Shown: piece after piece, positions 1 through 8,241 of the stretch | Layout of the letters: each line of letters starts with the position of its first letter | How positions within the stretch are numbered: position 1 is the stretch's first letter | From: Bacilli bacterium | GTDB taxonomy: Bacteria; Bacillota_I; Bacilli_A; RF39; UBA660 | Direction of reading: 5' to 3' | Length of the DNA: 64,000 nt | Assembly (NCBI GenBank): GCA_017435255.1 | Contig: JAFSFI010000010.1 | Coordinates: 103,219-167,218 of the forward strand | Program-made: the position numbers and the translations under genes | Notes under the pieces: model-generated | What the model saw: only the letters and a program-made list of their open reading frames with translations | Told to the model about the DNA's origin: nothing | The model's database searches: none

Positions 1-1
1 A

Positions 2-1030
2 AAAGATACTTATGACAGTTTAATGAATAGAGTTAAAAGAATAGTATTATTTTTAACGGTATTATTAGTAGTAGTTGTAGGTATTAGATTTGTTGATGTT
101 GGAATGCTTAAAGCAGCCGATCTAATTGTATTATATTTGTATTATGGTAATATATTTACTTTAATGGATAATTTTTCAAGCTTAAGAAGTTGTTTAAAAG
201 AATATGAACTAGCTGTTGAAAGAATATTTGACTTGTATGATAGCAACAAATATCCGAAGGACAATTATGGAAAAATCAATATAAAAGATTTTAAAGGTAA
301 AATTTGTTTTGAAGATGTTTCGTTTAGATATTCTAAAAACAAACCGGTCTTAGAAAATTTATCATTTACCGTTGATGCAAATGATACTGTAGCAATAGTT
401 GGCGCTAGTGGAAGTGGAAAAACAACAATCTTTAATTTAATAACTAAAAGTTACGATATAAATTCAGGAAAATTATCATTTGATGATATTGATATAAATG
501 AACTAAGCGAAGAAACTATAAGAAAAAATGTATCAATTATTACTCAATCACCTTATATATTTAATATGAGTATTAAAGATAACTTGAAATTAGTCAAACC
601 TAATGCTACTCAAAAAGAAATCGACGAAGTATGTAGGAAAGCTTGTTTTTATGATTATATTATGTCATTGCCAGATAAGTATGACACTATAATAGGCGAA
701 GGTGGAGTTAATTTGTCTGGTGGTCAAAAACAAAGGTTAGCTATAGCAAGAGCGTTATTAAAAACCAGTAAAATATTACTTTTTGATGAAGCAACTTCTG
801 CGCTTGACAATATAACCCAGAAAGAAATCCAAGAGTCAATAGATAATATATCAAAAGATTATACAATAATAATTGTAGCACATAGATTATCAACTATTAT
901 GAATTGTAATAGAATATATATGCTAAATGACGGACGAATTGTTGACTCGGGAACACATAAAGAGTTATTAAAGAAAAATAAAGAATATAAAAAACTATAT
1001 AATACAGAATCTAAGGGCGGAGATAAGTAA
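2..1030 (+). CDS. ABC exporter, C-terminal part (last TM segment + ATP-binding domain); 5' partial, gene continues upstream of window
   Basis: Reading frame is open to the window edge. Walker A GASGSGKTT, ABC signature LSGGQKQRLAIARAL, Walker B ILLFDEATSALD, H-loop AHRLSTI. The first ~60 aa are hydrophobic, consistent with the end of a fused permease domain. Confidence 0.85.
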   Translation, partial: KDTYDSLMNRVKRIVLFLTVLLVVVVGIRFVDVGMLKAADLIVLYLYYGNIFTLMDNFSSLRSCLKEYELAVERIFDLYDSNKYPKDNYGKINIKDFKGKICFEDVSFRYSKNKPVLENLSFTVDANDTVAIVGASGSGKTTIFNLITKSYDINSGKLSFDDIDINELSEETIRKNVSIITQSPYIFNMSIKDNLKLVKPNATQKEIDEVCRKACFYDYIMSLPDKYDTIIGEGGVNLSGGQKQRLAIARALLKTSKILLFDEATSALDNITQKEIQESIDNISKDYTIIIVAHRLSTIMNCNRIYMLNDGRIVDSGTHKELLKKNKEYKKLYNTESKGGDK

Positions 1031-1032
1031 AA

Positions 1033-1935
1033 ATGAACGAGTTTAGTTATAGAATAACAAAAGAAGTATATAATTGGATTATTAATGGAACTAAGAATGT
1101 TGAGATAAGGCTTTATAATGAAAAATCTAGTAGGATAAAAATTAATGATGTTATAAATTTCAAAGTTTTAGATGATGAAGAAAAAAATATAAAAGTTGTA
1201 GTTAAGGATTTGTTTATATATAATGATATAAAATCGTTATTAAAAGACATATCAATTACTAATATTGCTCCTGTTGAAGAAGAAAAACTATGTGATATGC
1301 TAAATGATATTTTTGGTGAAGAGAAAGTTAAAAATCAGAGAATCATTGGAATAAAGTTTGCGATAGCTAGTGATAAAGAAGAAGATGTTTTAATAGATTT
1401 GGATATTGATAAAGACCCTTACGTCAAGCAAATAACAGATGATAAAATCATTAATTTGACTGGTCAAAGTGGTTCTGGAAAGTCATATTATGTTAAACAA
1501 AAATTTAATAATAGTGATTATTTAGTAGTTGATACTGATGACATATTAAACGAAAAAAGATTTTTAAAATCATCTGGTATTAATAGAAAACTTGGTGAGA
1601 TATTTAGAAAAAAATATGAAACATTACCAACTTTGGGAGATAATTTTGACTTAATTTATAAAGAAATTTTAGAATATTGTAAAGATTTGGGGAAAACAAT
1701 TGTTATAGATTGTGCAACATTTCATTGTATAAAAGATATTAATTTATTAAAGGGTAAAGTAATAGTTTTAAGAACATCCATTAAAACTTGTTATGATAGG
1801 TGCATTGAAAGATTTAAAAAGGAAAATCCTAATTATACAGAAGTAGAACTAAATGCCTACGCTGAACGCAAAAAGAAAATATTTATATGGTACAAATATT
1901 CAAATGAATTTATAAAAAAACTTAATAAATTATAA
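1033..1935 (+). CDS. ASCH-domain / P-loop kinase fusion protein
   Basis: N-terminal ~110 aa resemble the ASCH/PUA-like fold (YqfB-like; GTKNVEIR...GD-like beta-barrel pattern). C-terminal Walker A GQSGSGKS followed by DTDD. Start is 2 nt after the ABC gene stop (translational coupling). A perfect palindromic terminator follows at 1939-1962. Confidence 0.5.
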   Translation: MNEFSYRITKEVYNWIINGTKNVEIRLYNEKSSRIKINDVINFKVLDDEEKNIKVVVKDLFIYNDIKSLLKDISITNIAPVEEEKLCDMLNDIFGEEKVKNQRIIGIKFAIASDKEEDVLIDLDIDKDPYVKQITDDKIINLTGQSGSGKSYYVKQKFNNSDYLVVDTDDILNEKRFLKSSGINRKLGEIFRKKYETLPTLGDNFDLIYKEILEYCKDLGKTIVIDCATFHCIKDINLLKGKVIVLRTSIKTCYDRCIERFKKENPNYTEVELNAYAERKKKIFIWYKYSNEFIKKLNKL

Positions 1936-1938
1936 AGT

Positions 1939-1962
1939 AAGACTTATGCATAAGTCTTTTTC
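1939..1962 (+). terminator. rho-independent terminator (perfect palindrome aagacttatgcataagtctt + T-run)
   Basis: 20-nt perfect inverted repeat followed by ttttt immediately after the stop of 1033..1935. Confidence 0.7.
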
Positions 1963-1999
1963 TCTTATTTTTACATAGAATCTAATAGAGGTGTTTATT

Positions 2000-2917
2000 A
2001 TGTTAAGTGAGGAATCTTTTGTATTACAAACTTTAAATAGCGGATTATATTTTTTAAGAACCATTAGAGATTTTGCAATTAATATTCAACTTTCTTTTTT
2101 GGAAAATAATAGTGAATATATCAGTACTGCTAAAGATTTTGGAGATAGAGCTGAAGAGCTGATTGGCGACTTAATGGTATATGCGAATGAAAATGTTACA
2201 AAAGAAGCATTGAATAATCAGATTTTTGTAACCGCTTATACATTAGATACAGAACTACTAACAGAAAAATTATTTTTTATTGATATAGATACTACAATTA
2301 CAGAGGAGCAATCTAAGTTAGCAGCAGGTTTTACGCAAAATCCATCTCAAACTATTATTGATGAATTAATGAGAGTTAATAAAAGTGCATTGACATTAGT
2401 AACAAACTTTATTAGTTTCTGTGAAAATATTATTGCTAGAATGAGCAACAATGATTTGTTTTCATACTCTTATATTTCTTTAATAGAAGCTATGATGACA
2501 GAAGCAAATTTATATAAGTTAAATTTAGAAAGGCTTAGTGCCGGAAATAATATTGATCCCTCTTTTAAGGCGGATTATGAATATTTATTTAATAACTTGC
2601 TTCAACGATACGCGTCGTTTGTCAGAGGTTTTGTTGACCCTAAAAACGCAGAGGTAATATTAAGAGCAGGTGCTTTCTCTAGCGAGTTTGGATTAATTGC
2701 TAGTGAATACAAAAATGCAATAGTAAATCCTAATGTAGCTGAGGAATTAAAAGTGCGAAGTATAGATACTATAGACAGGTTTAGAGATTTTTTATCAGAA
2801 GTTATAGAAGATTTATTAGACTCGAAAACATATTTTATAGTAGAGCCAATTTTATTAGATAATATTTTAACTACTGCAAATTATTTTAAATATACTTTGT
2901 TGGCTACTTCATATTAA
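2000..2917 (+). CDS. hypothetical protein (helical; possibly a Firmicutes-restricted DUF with an internal two-fold repeat)
   Basis: ORF with RBS gaggtg 7 nt upstream of ATG 2000 (the six-frame GTG start at 1991 is too close to the RBS). Own terminator hairpin at 2916-2950. No recognisable catalytic motif. Confidence 0.5.
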   Translation: MLSEESFVLQTLNSGLYFLRTIRDFAINIQLSFLENNSEYISTAKDFGDRAEELIGDLMVYANENVTKEALNNQIFVTAYTLDTELLTEKLFFIDIDTTITEEQSKLAAGFTQNPSQTIIDELMRVNKSALTLVTNFISFCENIIARMSNNDLFSYSYISLIEAMMTEANLYKLNLERLSAGNNIDPSFKADYEYLFNNLLQRYASFVRGFVDPKNAEVILRAGAFSSEFGLIASEYKNAIVNPNVAEELKVRSIDTIDRFRDFLSEVIEDLLDSKTYFIVEPILLDNILTTANYFKYTLLATSY

Positions 2918-2950
2918 AGGAGTTCATGCTCCTTTTTGTTTTGATTTTTT
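2916..2950 (+). terminator. rho-independent terminator
   Basis: aaaggag-ttcatg-ctccttt stem-loop followed by a T-rich run. Confidence 0.6.
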
Positions 2951-3006
2951 CTTTTTAATACATTATTTGTTGTAAAAATATGATATACTATTTGAGGTTG
3001 GGTGAT

Positions 3007-3654
3007 ATGATGAAAAATAAAGATAGATCAGGTAATAAAAATTTAAAATGGATTATAGCAATTACATTGTTTTTTCTGTTTTTAATAATTGTAGTTAATA
3101 TATATAAAGATAATATAGCTGGGTTTGATGACTTTTTTTATAAACAAATATCTTTGCTAATTTCTGATAAAATGACTTCTTTTGTTAAAATTATAACTAA
3201 TTTTGGAAGTGCAATATCACTTATATCCATAACACTGTTAACTATGTTGTTATTTAAAAATAAAAGATATGGGATTTTAACTATGATTAATTTAGTAGTT
3301 ATATTTTTATTTAACTTGTTTTTAAAATCCGTTTTTGCTAGACCCAGACCCATAGACATAAATATAATAGAGGAGAATGGTTATAGTTTTCCGTCTGCTC
3401 ACTCTATGGTTTCAACTGCTTTTTATGGATTTATAATTTATTTAATAACGAAGTCAAATATAGATAAAAAACAAAAATTAATATATTCGCTTGTATTAGG
3501 TTTATTAATTATTCTTATATGCATTACTAGAGTTTATCTAGGGGTTCATTATATGAGCGATGTCTTAGGGGGATTATTAATAGCAATACCATATTTAATT
3601 TTGTTTACAACCTTAATAGATAAATATTTACCAAATAAAAAAAGTTCTAAATAG
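3007..3654 (+). CDS. PAP2-family membrane phosphatase (undecaprenyl-diphosphatase / PgpB-like)
   Basis: PAP2 motifs KSVFARPRP, SFPSAHS and TRVYLGVHYMSDV, in a polytopic membrane protein. Alternative start at 2980. Confidence 0.8.
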   Translation: MMKNKDRSGNKNLKWIIAITLFFLFLIIVVNIYKDNIAGFDDFFYKQISLLISDKMTSFVKIITNFGSAISLISITLLTMLLFKNKRYGILTMINLVVIFLFNLFLKSVFARPRPIDINIIEENGYSFPSAHSMVSTAFYGFIIYLITKSNIDKKQKLIYSLVLGLLIILICITRVYLGVHYMSDVLGGLLIAIPYLILFTTLIDKYLPNKKSSK

Positions 3655-3663
3655 AACTTTTTT
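3637..3663. terminator. bidirectional terminator hairpin shared by convergent genes
   Basis: aaaaagttcta-aa-tagaactttttt. The palindrome is flanked by A-run and T-run and contains the stop codons of both convergent genes (PAP2 on + and the AAA ATPase on -). Confidence 0.6.
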
Positions 3664-5155
3664 GTTTTGTTGCTGATATGGCGTGTTCTTTACCCCATGC
3701 ACGAATTTTTTCAATCTTTTCGGGATTTGTTTTTGAAAGAGATACTGTTTTACTAAATGTATCAACAAATATATTTTGAGTTAATTGAATGTTGTTAGCA
3801 ACTACTTGATAAGCTATTTCTCTAATACAAGATTCAATATCAGAACCTGCAAATCCTTTAGATAATTCTACTAATTGGTTTATAAAATCATCACCAACTT
3901 TAACATTTAAGTATTTTGCTAAATATAATTTTATTATTTCCGCACGTTCTACTTCGGATGGTAAATCCACAAAGAACATTTCATCAAATCTACCTTTACG
4001 AAGAAGCTCAGCAGGTAAGTTATTTATATCATTGGCAGTAGCTACAACGAAAACCTCTTTTTTACATTCTTGTAACCAGAAAAGAAATTGTCCAATCATA
4101 CGATTAGTAACCCCGGAGTCACCACTAGCGCCTGATAATCCTTTTTCAATTTCATCGATCCATAAGATACAAGGAGACACATATTCTGCTGTTTCTAAAG
4201 CCTCTTTTAATTGTTGTTCACTTTGGCCAACGTATCTTCCTTGTACAGTTGCAAAGTCTAATAAATATAGGGGCATTTGCCATTTTGCTGCAATAGCTTT
4301 AGCAGATAAACTTTTTCCACACCCAGGAACACCTACAATTAGTATTCCTCTAGGTGGTTTAATACCCCTTGCCATCATTTGTTCTTTTTTATCTGGTGCT
4401 AGTAATTTTTTCTTTTCATCTAACCATTCTTTTAAGTTTTCTAATCCTCCAAATGCAATAGTAGGATCAACATCAATTTTTTCTAGTCCACTAATATCAG
4501 AGAACATACTATCTTTGGCAAATTTTAAATCAACTAAATCTTCTTTAAGTAAAGAACCTTTTGCTATTAAAGAAGAAATAACATTTCTAACCTCTATTTC
4601 GCTCAAACCAAGCAAAATAGTAGCGGCTTCTTTAAAATTGTTATCATCCCATTCAACGGTTATTTGTCCTTGATAAGGAGCAGCAACATTTTTGATTAAT
4701 GTATATAATTCTTTTTCATCTGGTAATGCAAGCTCTACATTCATTCCCAAACGCTGTAGATTTGTCCAAATAGGAGATGATGTAATAACTATTATTGTTC
4801 CCCCTTTTTCTTCCGCAATTGTAACTATATCGTTTAAATAACGGGATACTAGACTTTCTGTACCAAGTTCAGATGCATCTGTTAATACAAATGTAGCATT
4901 TTCTTTAACCTTTATTTGTTCACCAATATAATCAAGCACACCCATGATATTTTTTTCATCGCTAACTAAATCATTAGTAACAATATCGGTAACTCCTTTT
5001 GACATAGAGTGAACATGAATAGGTAGATTTAATTCGCTAGACAACTCTTTTAAAACATCAATAGCTCTACTTTTTTCTATTGTATTAATTGATATAAATG
5101 GTATCCTTGCTAGTAGGTATTGTCTTAACAAGGTTTTTGTTTCTTCATAATTCAT
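3647..5155 (-). CDS. classical-clade AAA+ ATPase (FtsH/CDC48/Vps4-like ATPase module) with ~250-aa N-terminal alpha/beta domain lacking a P-loop
   Basis: Walker A GVPGCGKSLSAKAIA, Walker B ILWIDEIE, second region of homology VVATANDINNLPAELLRKGRFDEMFFVDLP. Last gene of an overlapping four-gene operon. Confidence 0.85.
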   Translation of the reverse strand: MNYEETKTLLRQYLLARIPFISINTIEKSRAIDVLKELSSELNLPIHVHSMSKGVTDIVTNDLVSDEKNIMGVLDYIGEQIKVKENATFVLTDASELGTESLVSRYLNDIVTIAEEKGGTIIVITSSPIWTNLQRLGMNVELALPDEKELYTLIKNVAAPYQGQITVEWDDNNFKEAATILLGLSEIEVRNVISSLIAKGSLLKEDLVDLKFAKDSMFSDISGLEKIDVDPTIAFGGLENLKEWLDEKKKLLAPDKKEQMMARGIKPPRGILIVGVPGCGKSLSAKAIAAKWQMPLYLLDFATVQGRYVGQSEQQLKEALETAEYVSPCILWIDEIEKGLSGASGDSGVTNRMIGQFLFWLQECKKEVFVVATANDINNLPAELLRKGRFDEMFFVDLPSEVERAEIIKLYLAKYLNVKVGDDFINQLVELSKGFAGSDIESCIREIAYQVVANNIQLTQNIFVDTFSKTVSLSKTNPEKIEKIRAWGKEHAISATKQKSSI

Positions 5156-5156
5156 A

Positions 5157-5600
5157 TTAATCCTCCAATATATTAATTTTACTATTTTTTATCATTATTA
5201 TAGCTTCGCCGGTAGTATCGAATCCGGTAAGACTTTTTTCTAACGCCTCATTAATTTCATCAGCGAATCTTTGTAATGTTTCTTTAAACTTTTTTTTGTT
5301 TTCTTCTGGAATTGATGGTAAATTAATTATTTTTTTAGCAAATGCAATTTCTTTTTTAATATTAATAACTTCTAAAGATAAAGAGTTTAAATCGTTATAA
5401 ATTGTACTCATTTTTAATAAGATGCCATCTAAGGCATTTTTTAATCTAGTTCTTATTACATCATTTATATGAATAATAAATCGATATAATATATTCCCAA
5501 CAAGTTCAATATTGTTATTATATAAAGTATCTAATAGTGAATCGTTTCTTGGCCCGGTTTTAAGTTGTTCTAAACTTTCAACCCAATCGTAATAAGTCAT
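5157..5600 (-). CDS. hypothetical helical protein (147 aa), operon partner of the AAA ATPase
   Basis: Its stop is 1 nt from the AAA gene start, and its ATG overlaps the stop of the upstream 69-aa gene (ATGA-type overlap). No known motif. Confidence 0.6.
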   Translation of the reverse strand: MTYYDWVESLEQLKTGPRNDSLLDTLYNNNIELVGNILYRFIIHINDVIRTRLKNALDGILLKMSTIYNDLNSLSLEVINIKKEIAFAKKIINLPSIPEENKKKFKETLQRFADEINEALEKSLTGFDTTGEAIIMIKNSKINILED

Positions 5601-5806
5601 TTTCTGCTCACTCTCCTTATTATTTCATATGGTGGAGTAAGATCCCATGAAGGAAGCCCCGTAACAAAATCTTCTGTTGTTTGTGCGTCTATTTTTACAT
5701 CTTTAATTTCTTTTGTTTCGGTTTCTAATGGGATAATGTTTTCTTCATTATTGATAAATTCAAAGGTGTTTGTATTTTGATTATTATCCATATTATTTAC
5801 CTCCAT
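5597..5806 (-). CDS. hypothetical small acidic protein (69 aa) with C-terminal GLPSWDLTPPYEIIRR motif
   Basis: Overlaps the upstream gene by 14 nt and the downstream gene by 4 nt. Polar, Asn/Glu-rich N-terminus. Confidence 0.5.
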   Translation of the reverse strand: MEVNNMDNNQNTNTFEFINNEENIIPLETETKEIKDVKIDAQTTEDFVTGLPSWDLTPPYEIIRRVSRK

Positions 5807-7526
5807 TTACAATTATATTTCTTGATGCATTATTATCTATATATTGTTCATAGTTTAATGAATTAACATAATTAATAAAGTTATCCCTATCTTTTTCGCT
5901 ATTTTTATATATGAAGTAATAATCTACTATTTCTGCCATTATATTTGTTAATAGTGTTTTATGTTGTTTTTTGATTTCATTTAATTGCTTAACCTTAGTT
6001 TCTCTTTTAGAATATGCCCTTAAGAATTCTACAACATTATATATTAGTACGGCACAGAAGATAACTGCTGCTAGTATTGGCTGTTTTAGTGTTAAGAATA
6101 TTCCAATTAAACCTAATACTATAGCAACTAACATTTTAATATTAAATAAATGAACACCATATACTTCATCATAGAATTTATCATCTAGGTAGCTTTCAAG
6201 ATTTTTCTGTAATTCTGATTCATTATTTCCGGTTTTTGTAAGTCCATTCCATTCATTTATTGTTATGTTTAAATCTGGTAGCATTTCACTTGATTTAACA
6301 CTTGAAATCCTTGTATATCCTTCAACAATCGAATCTTTTGAAAGTGCAATAGCTAGTTTTTTTGTATTTAGTTCAGCATTAACGGTACCATTAGCAATAG
6401 CTATATTTGTTATGTGGTTATAGAAATTATTCTCGTTTTCTAAAGCAATACTTGTTTTTTCAAATTCTTGCAACGCCTTAACCATATCTCCATTTTCGTC
6501 GATTATATGTTTATTTTTTTGTATATCTCTTTTTAATTGCAATTCTTCTTTGTCGTAATTGAACACTAACATATGCAATAAATTATCTATTTTGTTTATA
6601 GAAGAAGTTCTGGTATGATGTTCTTCGTTTATAATTTTTCTAAAGTCTTTTAAGACAGTTTTTTGTGCTTGAGCAGATGCGATAACATCCACAACATTAT
6701 CTTTTTCTTGAACATATTTAATAATATATGGATATTCGTCTTTATCTACTTCTTCAATTTGCTCTCTAAAATATCTTTCCCATCTATCTATTTGAGTCTT
6801 TTTTATTTCTCCATAACCATTTAGTTCTGTCATCCAAGAATTAACTTTTTCTAAACAGTTTTTCTTGGCTTCAATACCAAACACACCACTAGTAATAGCA
6901 TCTAATACAGTAATTATTTTACTTTCCATTTTGGTAGGATCTTGCATAGATAAGTATCTATTTAACCATTTCATAGCAGTTTCATTTCTATTTGCTCTTA
7001 GATGAACTAAACAGAAAAGTAGGGATGTTTTCTCATCGTCTCTAGACATAGCTTCTTTCAACGCGTTTTCTGCTAAAGGTTTGTTATCTGTGTACCAAGC
7101 ACAAAGACTAACTAGTGCTGGTGCTAACCAATAATCAGGAGTGTTTATAATTGTCTCTTCACTAATATTTTCTACTGTACTTTTTTTAATTGCATTTATA
7201 TCAATAGATTGTAGTAAACCATTAACTCTTCTTCTTACTTCATCGCGATGACCATATTTTTTTGTGTATTCTGACTCTGCCATTAAAATAGTTTGTCTAG
7301 CATTAGAAACAACAGTACCTTGTTTTATTTCTAACATGAATGCTTTGATTTCTTCTTCCAAACTTTTAACATCGTTTTTAACCGTATTAACTTGTCCTTG
7401 AACATCATTTATATGACCATTAACTGTATTTACGTTTTGAGATACTGTACCTATATTATTGGCCAGTACTTGTAAATTGTTTTCTAAAGTAGATAAATTG
7501 GCAGCACTAATTGCTACAGCACTCAT
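5793..7526 (-). CDS. hypothetical 577-aa protein: N-terminal coiled coil with N/V/Q heptad-like repeats, central helical domain, two C-proximal TM helices
   Basis: N-terminal stretch NNIGTVSQNVNTVNGHINDVQGQVNTVKNDV is a repetitive coiled-coil pattern. Hydrophobic segment MLVAIVLGLIGIFLTLKQPILAAVIFCAVLIYNVV gives 2 TM helices. First gene of the operon. Confidence 0.6.
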   Translation of the reverse strand: MSAVAISAANLSTLENNLQVLANNIGTVSQNVNTVNGHINDVQGQVNTVKNDVKSLEEEIKAFMLEIKQGTVVSNARQTILMAESEYTKKYGHRDEVRRRVNGLLQSIDINAIKKSTVENISEETIINTPDYWLAPALVSLCAWYTDNKPLAENALKEAMSRDDEKTSLLFCLVHLRANRNETAMKWLNRYLSMQDPTKMESKIITVLDAITSGVFGIEAKKNCLEKVNSWMTELNGYGEIKKTQIDRWERYFREQIEEVDKDEYPYIIKYVQEKDNVVDVIASAQAQKTVLKDFRKIINEEHHTRTSSINKIDNLLHMLVFNYDKEELQLKRDIQKNKHIIDENGDMVKALQEFEKTSIALENENNFYNHITNIAIANGTVNAELNTKKLAIALSKDSIVEGYTRISSVKSSEMLPDLNITINEWNGLTKTGNNESELQKNLESYLDDKFYDEVYGVHLFNIKMLVAIVLGLIGIFLTLKQPILAAVIFCAVLIYNVVEFLRAYSKRETKVKQLNEIKKQHKTLLTNIMAEIVDYYFIYKNSEKDRDNFINYVNSLNYEQYIDNNASRNIIVNGGK

Positions 7527-7598
7527 ACAAACACCTTCCTATTCTATATAGATTATATCATAATAATTTTAAAAACAAAATAAAAAAGAACCGAAGTT

Positions 7599-8150
7599 CT
7601 AATTATTTTGTGAGTAATAAATGTATCCAATAATTTCTACAACAGAATAAACCATAATACATAATCCGATCATCTGAAACACAAGATTAGTACTTAGGAT
7701 CATGTATATTCCACCTAGAATCATTATACTTGATAAAATTATTAATATCTTAGATGAGTTAGCTTTTGATTTAACACCCTTAATAGAATTTATAAGTAAA
7801 TGAACTCCATTAAATAATATCCAAGCCCCCATAATGATTCTTATTAACACTTCTACTGTTCCGGAAAACACAAGTAAGATAATTCCTGCAACAAAAGCTG
7901 TAATACCAATGCATAAATCTTTAAAGTGTGTTTCTTTCTCTTTTTTCTTTCTAATATAAAATACAATTGTTTTAAATGTACCAATAATAGTAAATCCACT
8001 ACCTAGCACATATGCGATTAACTTTATAGTACCATTAGGATTAGTAAAAATAATACTTCCTATTATAAAAAAGAAAATTGCACTAATTAAACTAGTGATG
8101 TTAGAGTAACCTTTTTCCCTAAATTTGTCTAAGTTCATAACTACCTCCAA
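7599..8150 (-). CDS. DUF308/HdeD-like small membrane protein
   Basis: 183 aa with 6 predicted TM helices and repeated glycine-containing helices typical of the HdeD/DUF308 family. Confidence 0.5.
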   Translation of the reverse strand: MEVVMNLDKFREKGYSNITSLISAIFFFIIGSIIFTNPNGTIKLIAYVLGSGFTIIGTFKTIVFYIRKKKEKETHFKDLCIGITAFVAGIILLVFSGTVEVLIRIIMGAWILFNGVHLLINSIKGVKSKANSSKILIILSSIMILGGIYMILSTNLVFQMIGLCIMVYSVVEIIGYIYYSQNN

Positions 8151-8241
8151 AAACTAATCATATTATATAATAAAATAGAATTATTTGGTAGATATAAATA
8201 TTTTAAATATGATATACTACTAGTGATTGGAGGGATCCTTT

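Noticed and set aside
4032-4673. 213-aa + strand ORF antisense to the AAA ATPase gene. Similar ORFs on the opposite strand lie inside other large genes: 3138..3359, 5971..6153, 9096..9356, 10019..10360, 11286..11684, 12694..13056, 13543..13832, 14280..14483, 21174..21392, 22044..22286, 23501..23980, 25665..25994, 28034..28255, 29614..29835, 31223..31411, 32237..32587, 33142..33357, 33546..33749, 34062..34726, 37581..37898, 42953..43319, 44179..44388, 45443..45697, 48339..48872, 51747..51956, 53346..53627, 54812..55039, 60106..60312, 60901..61301 and 62608..62799.
   Set aside because: All are embedded in, and opposite to, well-supported genes with clear motifs. They have low-complexity or Ser/Ile-rich compositions typical of AT-rich antisense frames, no RBS and no conservation signal.
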